A stretch of 45,681 nt of DNA from Patescibacteria group bacterium (lineage in GTDB: Bacteria; Patescibacteriota; Minisyncoccia; 2-02-FULL-40-12; IGHO2-01-FULL-4-A): the NCBI GenBank assembly GCA_038064015.1, contig JBBTUB010000033.1:1-45681 (forward strand), written 5' to 3'. Below the pieces are notes generated by a model, which saw nothing but the letters and a program-made list of their open reading frames with translations, was not told the origin of the DNA and searched no databases. Position numbers and translations under genes: made by a program. Within the stretch, counting starts at the first letter, position 1, and each line of letters opens with the position of its first letter. Shown here piece by piece: positions 19,609 through 28,210 of the stretch.

Positions 19609-21324
19609 TCATAAGAATGCTTCTTTGTAACACGTGTCACAATATAGAATTTCTTTACGATCTGGCGCGTACGCCGTCTGAAAAGGCCGGGAACATTTTG
19701 CGCACGAGCGATCCCATAGCTTGGGCGGAGTGCGCCATTGGATGCGCTGATAGTAGCGGCAGTTCGGACACAGACGTGGGACGGCGATATTCATTGCGCG
19801 ATAAAATGCAAGTTCTTCCGAAACAATCCGAAATGCAGACGAGCACAGATGGTCGCAATCTTTCTCAACGTGCTCACAAGCAATAATTTCTTTGGTAATT
19901 GAGTCCGGCACGTCACGAATATGATCAGGCAATGTCGAGCTAGCCATCGTCGTCGAGTATGACTTCTTTTCCTGGTCCCGCCATGGATACCCACGTGTAA
20001 GCGCTTCTTCTTTTGTGAGCGGAAAGAGATCATAGGCAAACGACTCGTTGTATGGCCATGGCGAAATTTCAAAAGGAAAGAATTCCCCATACCCATATTT
20101 CCTTCCCAACGCATCAACGTACGGCATCGTCTGCATATGTTCAATGATTTCTTTTCGTAGCGTCAGATAGTCTTCTTTGGAATATTGTTTGTTTAAAATA
20201 CAGTATTGTTTATTACGTAGTTGGGTGCATCCAAAAAGATCTTTTCCATTCACGCACGTTTCACAATATTCCGTTCGCATGCATTCCCTGCTTCCTTTCG
20301 TAAAAAAAGTTGATTCAGAGTGCGTTTCAGCGCCAGTACATTCATACAACAACTGCGACGAAAGACCCCCTACATTTATATCATAGCTATCTTTCAGCAT
20401 CAGTCCCGAAAAGAAAATAAATCTACTATCCTCAACGCCGCTCAACACTGTAAAGCAATTTTTGCAGTTCTTAGAATTAATAATATTATCGCCGGTACAA
20501 CCGGGCGCATTAATGATCAATGCGTGGCGATGGGGTGTCTTATAATATAACTCGGTAAATTTTTCTTGAGCTTCTTGGACCCGTGCATGACTACCAAGGT
20601 CCCAGTACTCCATTTGTTTACGATACTCCTCTTTAGTGAGTTGTTGATTGAATAGGCAATACTGCTTCTGACGGAGATTGATACACCCAAAACAATTGGT
20701 GCACCCGGAACAATCAAAAAGGAAACTAGAATCCATGCACTCTTGAGAGAAATTGACAAACTGACAACGATAAATAGAGTCAGAACTATAACATCCGTAA
20801 CTATCGCTCATATTCATACCGGCATCTGAATCTACGCAGCGTTTTGACATAATGGGTCCAAAACCGTACATACAATCTTCCGAGCGAAATGGTCCGTAGC
20901 AGAAATAACAGCGCTTACTGTCGATCTCCGTAATGCAATACTCACAATCAACCGAGTTGCGGCGCCATGAAGAAGCAACGGGAACACGATTACGTAACTC
21001 TCGGAACTGGAGAAGGAATGATTTGGAAAAATCGACATCGATGGCATACTCCTGCGCATCCCACGCATCCGACCACCAGCAGGTTGGACAGTACACCGGA
21101 AATTTCGATGAAGAATCGTAGATTGAAAATACCTCCACGTTGCATCGAGCGCATTTGATTTTATGCACCGTGCGGTTATGCCTCCATACCAGTCGCCGAG
21201 TTAATCGGCACTCCGGGCACCAGGTCGGTGGCGGAACCTTGATCCGCTCGTAAAAATTAAAATCCTCCGGCTCGATCGTAAAGCTTAGCTTACAATTTTG
21301 GCACATTTTGACCTGCTGATCCAT
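19609..21324 (-). CDS. Cys-rich protein paralogue P7 (571 aa)
   Basis: Family motifs; start at ATG 21324 (MDQQVKMCQNC) by alignment. Confidence 0.9.
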   Translation of the reverse strand: MDQQVKMCQNCKLSFTIEPEDFNFYERIKVPPPTWCPECRLTRRLVWRHNRTVHKIKCARCNVEVFSIYDSSSKFPVYCPTCWWSDAWDAQEYAIDVDFSKSFLLQFRELRNRVPVASSWRRNSVDCEYCITEIDSKRCYFCYGPFRSEDCMYGFGPIMSKRCVDSDAGMNMSDSYGCYSSDSIYRCQFVNFSQECMDSSFLFDCSGCTNCFGCINLRQKQYCLFNQQLTKEEYRKQMEYWDLGSHARVQEAQEKFTELYYKTPHRHALIINAPGCTGDNIINSKNCKNCFTVLSGVEDSRFIFFSGLMLKDSYDINVGGLSSQLLYECTGAETHSESTFFTKGSRECMRTEYCETCVNGKDLFGCTQLRNKQYCILNKQYSKEDYLTLRKEIIEHMQTMPYVDALGRKYGYGEFFPFEISPWPYNESFAYDLFPLTKEEALTRGYPWRDQEKKSYSTTMASSTLPDHIRDVPDSITKEIIACEHVEKDCDHLCSSAFRIVSEELAFYRAMNIAVPRLCPNCRYYQRIQWRTPPKLWDRSCAKCSRPFQTAYAPDRKEILYCDTCYKEAFL

Positions 21325-21344
21325 GATCTTGTTATACCACGGAA

Positions 21345-21372
21345 GGTGTAAGATGGCGAGAAAACCGTCGTC
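21345..21372 (+). promoter_or_regulatory. Candidate ECF-sigma promoter GGTGTAAGA-N14-TCGTC
   Basis: Motif repeated at 21573-21599 upstream of the ECF sigma gene. Confidence 0.5.
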
Positions 21373-21399
21373 TGTACTCGCACGAAGGAGAGAAAAACC

Positions 21400-21489
21400 A
21401 TGAATTTCGGGAACATCATTCGCCTCGCATTCGTTCTCGGTCTCGCGTTTCTCGGTGCATTCCTCTTCGCCAGTGTTGGCATATTTTGA
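21400..21489 (+). CDS. Small single-pass membrane peptide (29 aa), not in the ORF track
   Basis: MNFGNIIRLAFVLGLAFLGAFLFASVGIF*; AAGGAG RBS at 21385-21390; followed by a hairpin. Confidence 0.65.
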   Translation: MNFGNIIRLAFVLGLAFLGAFLFASVGIF

Positions 21490-21510
21490 GCCAACCACCT
21501 AGTTCCCCTC

Positions 21511-21545
21511 AAACCCCGTCCGCGGCTCACGCCACCGGGGGGTTT
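21511..21545 (+). terminator. Possible terminator hairpin after the small ORF
   Basis: AAACCCC...GGGGTTT imperfect GC-rich stem. Confidence 0.45.
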
Positions 21546-21572
21546 AACACGAAGGATTCCCTGTTATACTTA

Positions 21573-21599
21573 GGTGTAAGAATTACGCGATTGATCGTC
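21573..21599 (+). promoter_or_regulatory. Candidate autoregulatory ECF promoter GGTGTAAGA-N13-TCGTC
   Basis: 6 nt upstream of sigma ATG 21606; a sigma70-like TGTTATACT also lies at 21562-21570. Confidence 0.5.
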
Positions 21600-21605
21600 C
21601 ACACT

Positions 21606-22121
21606 ATGGAGAACATTGATGAAAACAAATTTATTGAACTGTATCAGGAACACGCCCCCAAGCTTTTCAAATACTGCTATTTTCGTGTAAACTCCAAAGA
21701 AGATGCGGAAGACTTGGCGGGACAAGTATTTATGAAAACATGGGATTATCTCGCGCAGGGCAATCAGATCGAGAATATGCGCGCGTTCCTCTATCGCTCG
21801 GCACACAATGTGATCGTTGATTTTTATAAAACCTCCAAGAAAGACCGAGAAATCTCCATCCACGGCTTCGGGGAAGATACGATAGATATTCCCGATACCA
21901 GCGATCTTGCGGGCGATGTGGAAACGAAATCACTGGTTCGCGACGTTATTGCCAAGCTGGAGGTCTTACCTGATGCCTATCGAGAAATCATCGTATTACG
22001 ATTTATCAATGAGCTGTCGATTAACGAGATTGCCGAAACGACCGGCATGACCGAGAACAACGTGTCTGTGAAACTCCATAGGGCTATGGAAAAGCTGAAA
22101 GATATAACAAAACAATTATGA
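21606..22121 (+). CDS. ECF-type RNA polymerase sigma factor (171 aa)
   Basis: Region 2 ([27 protein letters not shown]) and region 4 ([28 protein letters not shown]). Confidence 0.93.
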   Translation: MENIDENKFIELYQEHAPKLFKYCYFRVNSKEDAEDLAGQVFMKTWDYLAQGNQIENMRAFLYRSAHNVIVDFYKTSKKDREISIHGFGEDTIDIPDTSDLAGDVETKSLVRDVIAKLEVLPDAYREIIVLRFINELSINEIAETTGMTENNVSVKLHRAMEKLKDITKQL

Positions 22122-22552
22122 GCGACGAAATTTTCAAGAAACTGGGCGAGGTAGCAAAAACCGACTTTGATGATCCGGCATGGCTGAAGCGGCAAGAAGA
22201 CAAGCTTCGCGCGCATATCAGGACATCTCCGCGACCTCCCGCTTCGCCAAACCCACTGCTTTCTATTGGCATCGCAGTTATCATCGTGATTGGTGCTATC
22301 TTACTACTTTCCAATCGTCGCGCTCCTCCAAGTGTTTCGCCTACGCCGACTCAATCAGAAACTCCAACAGCTTCCCCACGCCCAAGCATGACTACTGATC
22401 CAATACCTACTCCTTCACCTTCGAGCTCAGAATCTCCGACTCCCTCACCCTCGCTAACTCCCCTAGTGACTCCGACGCCAGATCGCACGCCGCTTCCAAC
22501 GCCAACCCCGACTCGTAGCCCAAGCAGTACGCCAATTCTTATAATTTCCTAG
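22118..22552 (+). CDS. Putative anti-sigma/membrane protein with Pro/Thr/Ser-rich tail
   Basis: ATGA overlap with sigma; short charged N-domain, one TM helix ([18 protein letters not shown]), PT/PS repeats. Confidence 0.65.
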   Translation: MSDEIFKKLGEVAKTDFDDPAWLKRQEDKLRAHIRTSPRPPASPNPLLSIGIAVIIVIGAILLLSNRRAPPSVSPTPTQSETPTASPRPSMTTDPIPTPSPSSSESPTPSPSLTPLVTPTPDRTPLPTPTPTRSPSSTPILIIS

Positions 22553-24192
22553 TTTACCTCCTGCTGATAACAGCTTTCGCAGTAGATGATTTCTTGGCGA
22601 TCAGGCGCAAACGTTGTCTCGATGTCGGCATTACACTTAGCACACTGCCGGTGCCACCATTGCATGGGGTTGAGGAGCTTGGTGCGCTCGAGAAATCGGC
22701 AGCGATGGCACATTCTGGGTAACGGTATCGTGAAGCGCTGATAAAACTCAAGCTCGCGATCAAGAATTCGATACGCTTTTTTGCAATTCCCGCACTCGAT
22801 AGTTTCTTTCGTAATCGTATCCGGCACATCATTGATATGATCCGGCAGGTTGTCATTTGGTATTTGAATTTTGTGATTTGGATCAATCGCATCTCGCCAC
22901 GAGTATCCTTGAGCAATCGCCTGCTCTTTGGTTTTTGGAAAATAATCAATCGCTACCGATTCGTTGTACGCCAGCGGCGAGAGCGTCGTTGGAAAAAATT
23001 CGCCGTATTCACCTGCCTTTGACATTTGAGATTTGATATTTGATATTTGCACAGCGTATTCGCTGGGCGTATATTGTTTGTTCAAAATACAATATTGCTT
23101 CTTGCGTAACCCCACACATCCGAAACAATTTGAAGACGACATCACATTGACGCAATACTCAAGATCCGTCGAACTCGGCCAACAATTAAAGCAAAATTTG
23201 AGATTGCGCGCATTCTCACCCACACTGATTGACTCATAGATCAGCTCGGCATTCTGACCCCAGCTCGTGTAATCCATTGAGTCTTTGATGCCTCGGGACA
23301 TATTTTGACAGTAGGCAAGATTCTCGCCCATGAACACTTGATAGCAATACCGAGAATTCTTGGAGTTATAAAGATAGTCTCCAATGGATTTCGTGTTTTG
23401 AGTCGCGTGCGCGTGACGGTATGGCTGCGTCTTCCAGAACGCGTGCGCTTCGTCTTTGACCCGTTGAAGATCAGCGTATGATCCAAGATTCATTGCTTTG
23501 ATTTTTTCTTTGTATTCTTCTTTGGTATACGGCTGATTAAAAATATGATATTGCTTGCTTCGTAAATTAGCACAACCAAAGCAATCGCCGCAGTCATGAC
23601 AGTCGCGCGAGAGCCACACGTTGCGGCAGTTGCTGGTATCAATGCTAAAAAAATTGTTAAAACAGTTCTCGATATTCATGACCTCATAGCACAGCTCGCT
23701 CTTGCCACAAAAGTAATAGTCCATGGAGTCTCGAATTTGCAGGGCGGCAACACCATACAGACAATTCTCGGCACCGGCAGTATTGAAAACGAGATAGCAG
23801 TTTTTAAGATCGCTCGCTTGATTGCTGTAGTCAGAATTCACGAGGCGCTGGATGTCGCGACTCGGCCACGGGACGGCTAGCAGTAACTCTTTATACTGTT
23901 CGAAGAATGATTTTGAAACATCATGGTCTCGCCCATACTCCATCGCATCCCAGCCATCGCCCCACCACGCATCACGATCCATAATTTTAATGGGAGACGC
24001 TTCGGGAAACGTCGAAAACATCCCATCCTTGCGGTAGAGATTGTGCTCATTCCACCACATCATGCGCCGGATGGTCCGGCATTGCGGGCAGAGCGTTGGC
24101 GGCGGGACAGCGATTTTCTCGTAAAACGAAACGTCATCCGGATGGATGATATGGTTCTGCTTACAATTTTGGCACTCACGAGTTTCGCTCAT
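22549..24192 (-). CDS. Cys-rich protein paralogue P8 (547 aa)
   Basis: Family motifs; CDLC knuckle deleted; two 7-bp periodic tracts in frame. Confidence 0.92.
   Translation of the reverse strand: MSETRECQNCKQNHIIHPDDVSFYEKIAVPPPTLCPQCRTIRRMMWWNEHNLYRKDGMFSTFPEASPIKIMDRDAWWGDGWDAMEYGRDHDVSKSFFEQYKELLLAVPWPSRDIQRLVNSDYSNQASDLKNCYLVFNTAGAENCLYGVAALQIRDSMDYYFCGKSELCYEVMNIENCFNNFFSIDTSNCRNVWLSRDCHDCGDCFGCANLRSKQYHIFNQPYTKEEYKEKIKAMNLGSYADLQRVKDEAHAFWKTQPYRHAHATQNTKSIGDYLYNSKNSRYCYQVFMGENLAYCQNMSRGIKDSMDYTSWGQNAELIYESISVGENARNLKFCFNCWPSSTDLEYCVNVMSSSNCFGCVGLRKKQYCILNKQYTPSEYAVQISNIKSQMSKAGEYGEFFPTTLSPLAYNESVAIDYFPKTKEQAIAQGYSWRDAIDPNHKIQIPNDNLPDHINDVPDTITKETIECGNCKKAYRILDRELEFYQRFTIPLPRMCHRCRFLERTKLLNPMQWWHRQCAKCNADIETTFAPDRQEIIYCESCYQQEVN
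23018..23050. repeat. 7-bp tandem repeat inside P8
   Basis: TTTGACA-TTTGAGA-TTTGATA-TTTGATA-TTTGC, encoding [11 protein letters not shown]. Confidence 0.85.
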
Positions 24193-24542
24193 GGCTGCTT
24201 CTGAAGTTCTCGAAGTCGCCGCCAGTATTCGGGAATTTCTTTGGCACGCAGAGTGTGAATCTCTTCGAGAATGTCATCATGAGACGCCGAAGGCTTGGCA
24301 TGTTCGAGGAATTCTAAATCCTCTTCAGCTCCCGAACGGCTCAGTTCATCAAGAAATCTCTGCGCAACAATGCGAAGATCTTGGATACGCGTTCCAAGAT
24401 GCGCAAAATCAATTGCTTCGCCATGCTCTGCCTTCGCGAGCAAGCTTTCAATCTCTTCCTTGCGAGGCAAAACTTCATGCCCAATCACTTCAGCTTCAAC
24501 AATCTTCTTGACGTTATTAGGTAGTTCTTCGAGCACCGGCAT
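24189..24542 (-). CDS. Hypothetical helical protein (~117 aa)
   Basis: ORF between P9 and P8 with ATGA overlap to P8; start at ATG 24542. Confidence 0.65.
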   Translation of the reverse strand: MPVLEELPNNVKKIVEAEVIGHEVLPRKEEIESLLAKAEHGEAIDFAHLGTRIQDLRIVAQRFLDELSRSGAEEDLEFLEHAKPSASHDDILEEIHTLRAKEIPEYWRRLRELQKQP

Positions 24543-24551
24543 AATCAATTT

Positions 24552-26213
24552 TTACACGATCTTCTTCAAATAACAAGGCTCGCAGAGGACATGTGGAAAT
24601 TCGCTCGGAAGGAACGCGGAATGGATCTCAGTATTGCAAGAAAAACACTTTGCGTTATACAAATGCCGGTGATTGTTGATAAATGCCAAGCGTTGGTGAT
24701 GCCGCTCAAACGGTGCGCGGCGCGGGATCGGCAGGCCGAATCGGCGATAAAATGCCAGCTCCATCGGCGTAATCCGGTAAGGCTTTTTTGAGATCTCGCA
24801 CTGAAGCACTTTTTCAAGAATATCATCGTCTACATTGCGAATGTCATCTGGAATCTGATAGTCGGAGATTTGATGCAGCGAACTACGAGGCACCACCTGT
24901 TCTTCGAGCGGAAAATATTCATTCGCCACCGTTTCGTGGTACTCAAACGGGGAAAGCTCGGGCGGGAAAAATTCGCCATATTTGTACATGATGCCTTTTG
25001 TATCGATGTAGGGCGTTTTTGACATGTGAAATTTGATTTTTGATATTTCCTCGTCATACTCGTCGCGGCTATATTGTTTATTCAAGATGCAATATTTTTG
25101 ATTTTTTAAATTCACGCACCCGAAGCAGTTGCTGCAGTTAAATAGCATGTCTGAGTACTCGATATTACGCCCGCCGCGAAGGATTCCCGTGGAAAAAAAT
25201 ACTTTGGAAAGTTGCTGGGCGCCACCCATGAATTCATAAAGCTTTTCTCCTTCCCATACTGACGTCGTATCCATGGCGTCACGGACTTCTAAGAGGAACA
25301 TGCCATAGCGCGCGTCTTCGGTCTTTTCCGTGGCAACGCACTGGAAACATTGCTTGGAATCTTTGAGGAAGTTTCCGGAAGAATACACCGAGCGCTCGAT
25401 AAACATCGCGCGCTGGGGTTGGCCATGGCGAAATTTGGCCACTTCGTGCTTGAGCTTTTGTATGTTTTCATGTGAACTGAATGCGTATTTCACGAGGTAC
25501 TGCTCGAACTCTTCTTTTGATACCTGGTTATTAAAAATCACATACTGCTGATTCCGCAATCCGGTACAGCCGATGATGTTGGAGCAATTCCGGCAATCGT
25601 AGGAAAAATATGTCTCGCGGGAGTCATGGCACAGCGTCGAAAACCACACCTTGTATCCCCGCTCACACAAGATTGATTCATAACAATAATCGCCTTGCAT
25701 GAGCCAGTAGTTGTCAAAACTATCGCGCGATTTGAGGGCATATTGATTGTATGCCGAGTCTTCGTTTTGAGCGCCGCCCACATTGAGGTAGCAGTGCTTC
25801 GCGTCCGTCTCATAGTTGATCCAGGGGCTTTCGACGACGTTCTCTTGTAAAAGCGACAAATGCGGGATCGTTCGGTGGAGGGAAAGCCATTGCTCAAAAA
25901 ACGGCCGATCCCAGTCATACTCCCGCCCATACTCCAGCGGGTCCCAGCGATCGGAGTGAAAACAGGAAGGACAGTACACCGTATAATCTCGGTGGGGCGA
26001 GAACATAGAAATAATTTCCTGCTTGCAAAGATCGCACGCGCGCTTGTAGAGACTCCGCTCATTGCGAAACGCAAGCCGCCGCTGGAGGCGACACTCGGAG
26101 CAAAACGTTGGATCCGGCAACTTCATCTGCTCAAGAAAAAGCCGATCATCGGCGTAAATATGAAATGCCCTATGGCAGTTCGCGCAGAGTTTTGAGGTGG
26201 ATGACGTTAACAT
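24552..26213 (-). CDS. Cys-rich protein paralogue P9 (553 aa)
   Basis: Family motifs; C-terminal CEIS/APFER variant. Confidence 0.92.
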   Translation of the reverse strand: MLTSSTSKLCANCHRAFHIYADDRLFLEQMKLPDPTFCSECRLQRRLAFRNERSLYKRACDLCKQEIISMFSPHRDYTVYCPSCFHSDRWDPLEYGREYDWDRPFFEQWLSLHRTIPHLSLLQENVVESPWINYETDAKHCYLNVGGAQNEDSAYNQYALKSRDSFDNYWLMQGDYCYESILCERGYKVWFSTLCHDSRETYFSYDCRNCSNIIGCTGLRNQQYVIFNNQVSKEEFEQYLVKYAFSSHENIQKLKHEVAKFRHGQPQRAMFIERSVYSSGNFLKDSKQCFQCVATEKTEDARYGMFLLEVRDAMDTTSVWEGEKLYEFMGGAQQLSKVFFSTGILRGGRNIEYSDMLFNCSNCFGCVNLKNQKYCILNKQYSRDEYDEEISKIKFHMSKTPYIDTKGIMYKYGEFFPPELSPFEYHETVANEYFPLEEQVVPRSSLHQISDYQIPDDIRNVDDDILEKVLQCEISKKPYRITPMELAFYRRFGLPIPRRAPFERHHQRLAFINNHRHLYNAKCFSCNTEIHSAFLPSEFPHVLCEPCYLKKIV

Positions 26214-26556
26214 CGCCGGAGTTTATTTTTACTTGTAAATCCTTGCCTAATTCCTCCTGATCATGTCCCAGGCAAATCATACCAGGTCGGTGGGTTTTTA
26301 CCACATCGTAGCTCCCCTGCTGCTCGTCTCCTAATATGACGAGAAAATCGGGAAATAGGTCTCTGATTGCCGACATGCGCTCGTCTTCTGAAAATTTCGG
26401 AGACTTATGTTTTAAATTTCTTACTGAAGTATCACGAGCAACGACGACGATGAGCTTGCCCTGAGATTGTCGAAGGGCAGAATTCAAAAAATACTTATGC
26501 CCTTCATGCAAGCCGTCAAACACGCCGAATACCATGACACTAGATGACCGTGCCAT
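26170..26556 (-). CDS. Cytidylyltransferase-family protein (archaeal-type FAD synthase-like)
   Basis: FGVFDGLHEGH (HxGH), LIVVVARD, ICLGHDQ; start at ATG 26556. Confidence 0.85.
   Translation of the reverse strand: MARSSSVMVFGVFDGLHEGHKYFLNSALRQSQGKLIVVVARDTSVRNLKHKSPKFSEDERMSAIRDLFPDFLVILGDEQQGSYDVVKTHRPGMICLGHDQEELGKDLQVKINSGDVNVIHLKTLRELP
26455..26478 (-). repeat. 24-bp hairpin element in-frame in the cytidylyltransferase gene
   Basis: Minus strand GCCCTTCGACAATCTCAGGGCAAG (ALRQSQGK), GCCCT...AGGGC stem; shares CTTCG..CAA..GGGCAAG with the element at 29736 and, degenerately, with 14638. Confidence 0.65.
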
Positions 26557-28210
26557 GTTCAATCGTGATAACGCGATCCGTATAATCAAGCGTACTTTGC
26601 CGATGCGCGATCGCCATAAAAGTATGATTTCCGGCGTCGTCTCGCAAAAGTTTCTCCATGATCTGCCGCTCAGTCTCGACATCAAGCGCACTAGTCGCCT
26701 CATCGAGAATCATGATAGGCGCGTTTTTATAAATCGCGCGGGCAATCCCGAGGCGCTGGCGCTCACCGCCGGACAGCATATAGCCCTTTTCACCAATCAG
26801 CGAGTCCACACCTTGGGCAAGCTTATCAATGACCTCACGAAGCTGGGAGACTTCAATTGCCCGTTCCAGGAGTACTGGATCAAGATCGCGCATCATCGTG
26901 ATATTGTCCTGGAGTGACATATTGAAAAGCTCGGTTTCCTGAAGCACGACGGAAACATGCCGCATTAAGTCCTCGTGCGAGATGTCGTAAAAATTAGTCT
27001 GGTCAACACCGAAGCTCCCCTTCTGAATTTTGTAGAGTCCAAGGAGAATTTTGACGAGCGAAGACTTGCCGCTGCCCGAAGTGCCGGCGATGCCAAGCTT
27101 TTCTCCTCGGCGCAACTCAAAATCAAAGTCCTGCATTCCTACTTGCCCCGATGGATACGCAAAATGCCCGCCTTGAATTGTAATCTTGCGCCAGTCTTTC
27201 GGAAACGCCGCCTTCCCCGTCGGCGCGTGCGTCTCCTCCCAAAAGATGGGCATCATATTACCAATGTCTGATTTGTAATCGATGAGGGACTCGTTCATAT
27301 CGCTCACATCCCAGAGCATTTCTTTGAGCCGATTCCAATAAGAGAAGAGCACCAGGATCGCTCCAATACTAATATGTCCCTGTACCACCCCATGGCCGAC
27401 AATAAGAAGAAAGATAATAAAAGAGGGGCCGTCGATGATGCGAAAGTATGTCCACTTGCGAAATCCCATCATGGATTTGACAATAGCCCGATTGCGAGTG
27501 TTTTCTTCCGCGCTTTTGACCCGATCTTGAAGCTGGATTTCACTTCCCAACGATTTGATCGCCAGCATATTGCCCGCACCTTCGACAAATACGCTGCCGG
27601 CAGATTGATCGAGGGTATTATATTGATCCGCGAGACGTCCGATTTTGCGATTAAAAATCCACTCGATCGTGGTAATGGTCGCCATAAACGCCACGATCAT
27701 AATGACCAGCGGCAAACTAAAGAAAGAAATTATCGTGATGAAACCGATCGTGTAGGTAAAAGCTTGGATCACGCGATTCTGATAAACCTTCATAAAGTCG
27801 CGCAACGCCTGTCCTCCGGTATAGATCCGCTGGATTTTAGATCCGCTGTTTTCTTTGGCATGCCATGTAAGTGAAAACTCCGTCAGCCGCTCAAATCCTA
27901 AGACGCGTGACCTCATGCGCATATGATGGGCAATCTTGGAGATGACCTTTTTACAGTTAATGCGCGCCATTGCCGCCAACGTGTAGGTAACGCCAAGCGT
28001 CACCACCAGGATATAAAACGGCCGCAGCGAATCGCCCGCTTGATAGGCAGTGAAAAAGTCGACGATCTTACCCACAAAAATCGCGGGAACAAGATCATAT
28101 AAAAATACTGGCACCAACATGAGCGAGACGGCGACAAATTTCGTCCGATCCCCTTCCAAGAAATACCAAATCGCTCGCGGTACATCGCGCCAGCGGAATT
28201 GAGTTTTCAT
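26540..28210 (-). CDS. ABC exporter, fused permease/ATP-binding (MsbA/MdlB-like)
   Basis: N-terminal TM domain; GTSGSGKS, LSGGERQR, ILDEATSALD, IAHR. Confidence 0.93.
   Translation of the reverse strand: MKTQFRWRDVPRAIWYFLEGDRTKFVAVSLMLVPVFLYDLVPAIFVGKIVDFFTAYQAGDSLRPFYILVVTLGVTYTLAAMARINCKKVISKIAHHMRMRSRVLGFERLTEFSLTWHAKENSGSKIQRIYTGGQALRDFMKVYQNRVIQAFTYTIGFITIISFFSLPLVIMIVAFMATITTIEWIFNRKIGRLADQYNTLDQSAGSVFVEGAGNMLAIKSLGSEIQLQDRVKSAEENTRNRAIVKSMMGFRKWTYFRIIDGPSFIIFLLIVGHGVVQGHISIGAILVLFSYWNRLKEMLWDVSDMNESLIDYKSDIGNMMPIFWEETHAPTGKAAFPKDWRKITIQGGHFAYPSGQVGMQDFDFELRRGEKLGIAGTSGSGKSSLVKILLGLYKIQKGSFGVDQTNFYDISHEDLMRHVSVVLQETELFNMSLQDNITMMRDLDPVLLERAIEVSQLREVIDKLAQGVDSLIGEKGYMLSGGERQRLGIARAIYKNAPIMILDEATSALDVETERQIMEKLLRDDAGNHTFMAIAHRQSTLDYTDRVITIEHGTVI

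Noticed and set aside
21325-21605. Long N-terminal extensions of P7 (to 21498) and sigma (from 21486)
   Set aside because: Homology begins at ATG 21324 and ATG 21606; the interval is better explained by promoters and the 29-aa ORF.
22320-22530. Pro/Thr/Ser repeat as a DNA repeat element
   Set aside because: Codon-diverse low-complexity protein linker, not a nucleotide tandem repeat.
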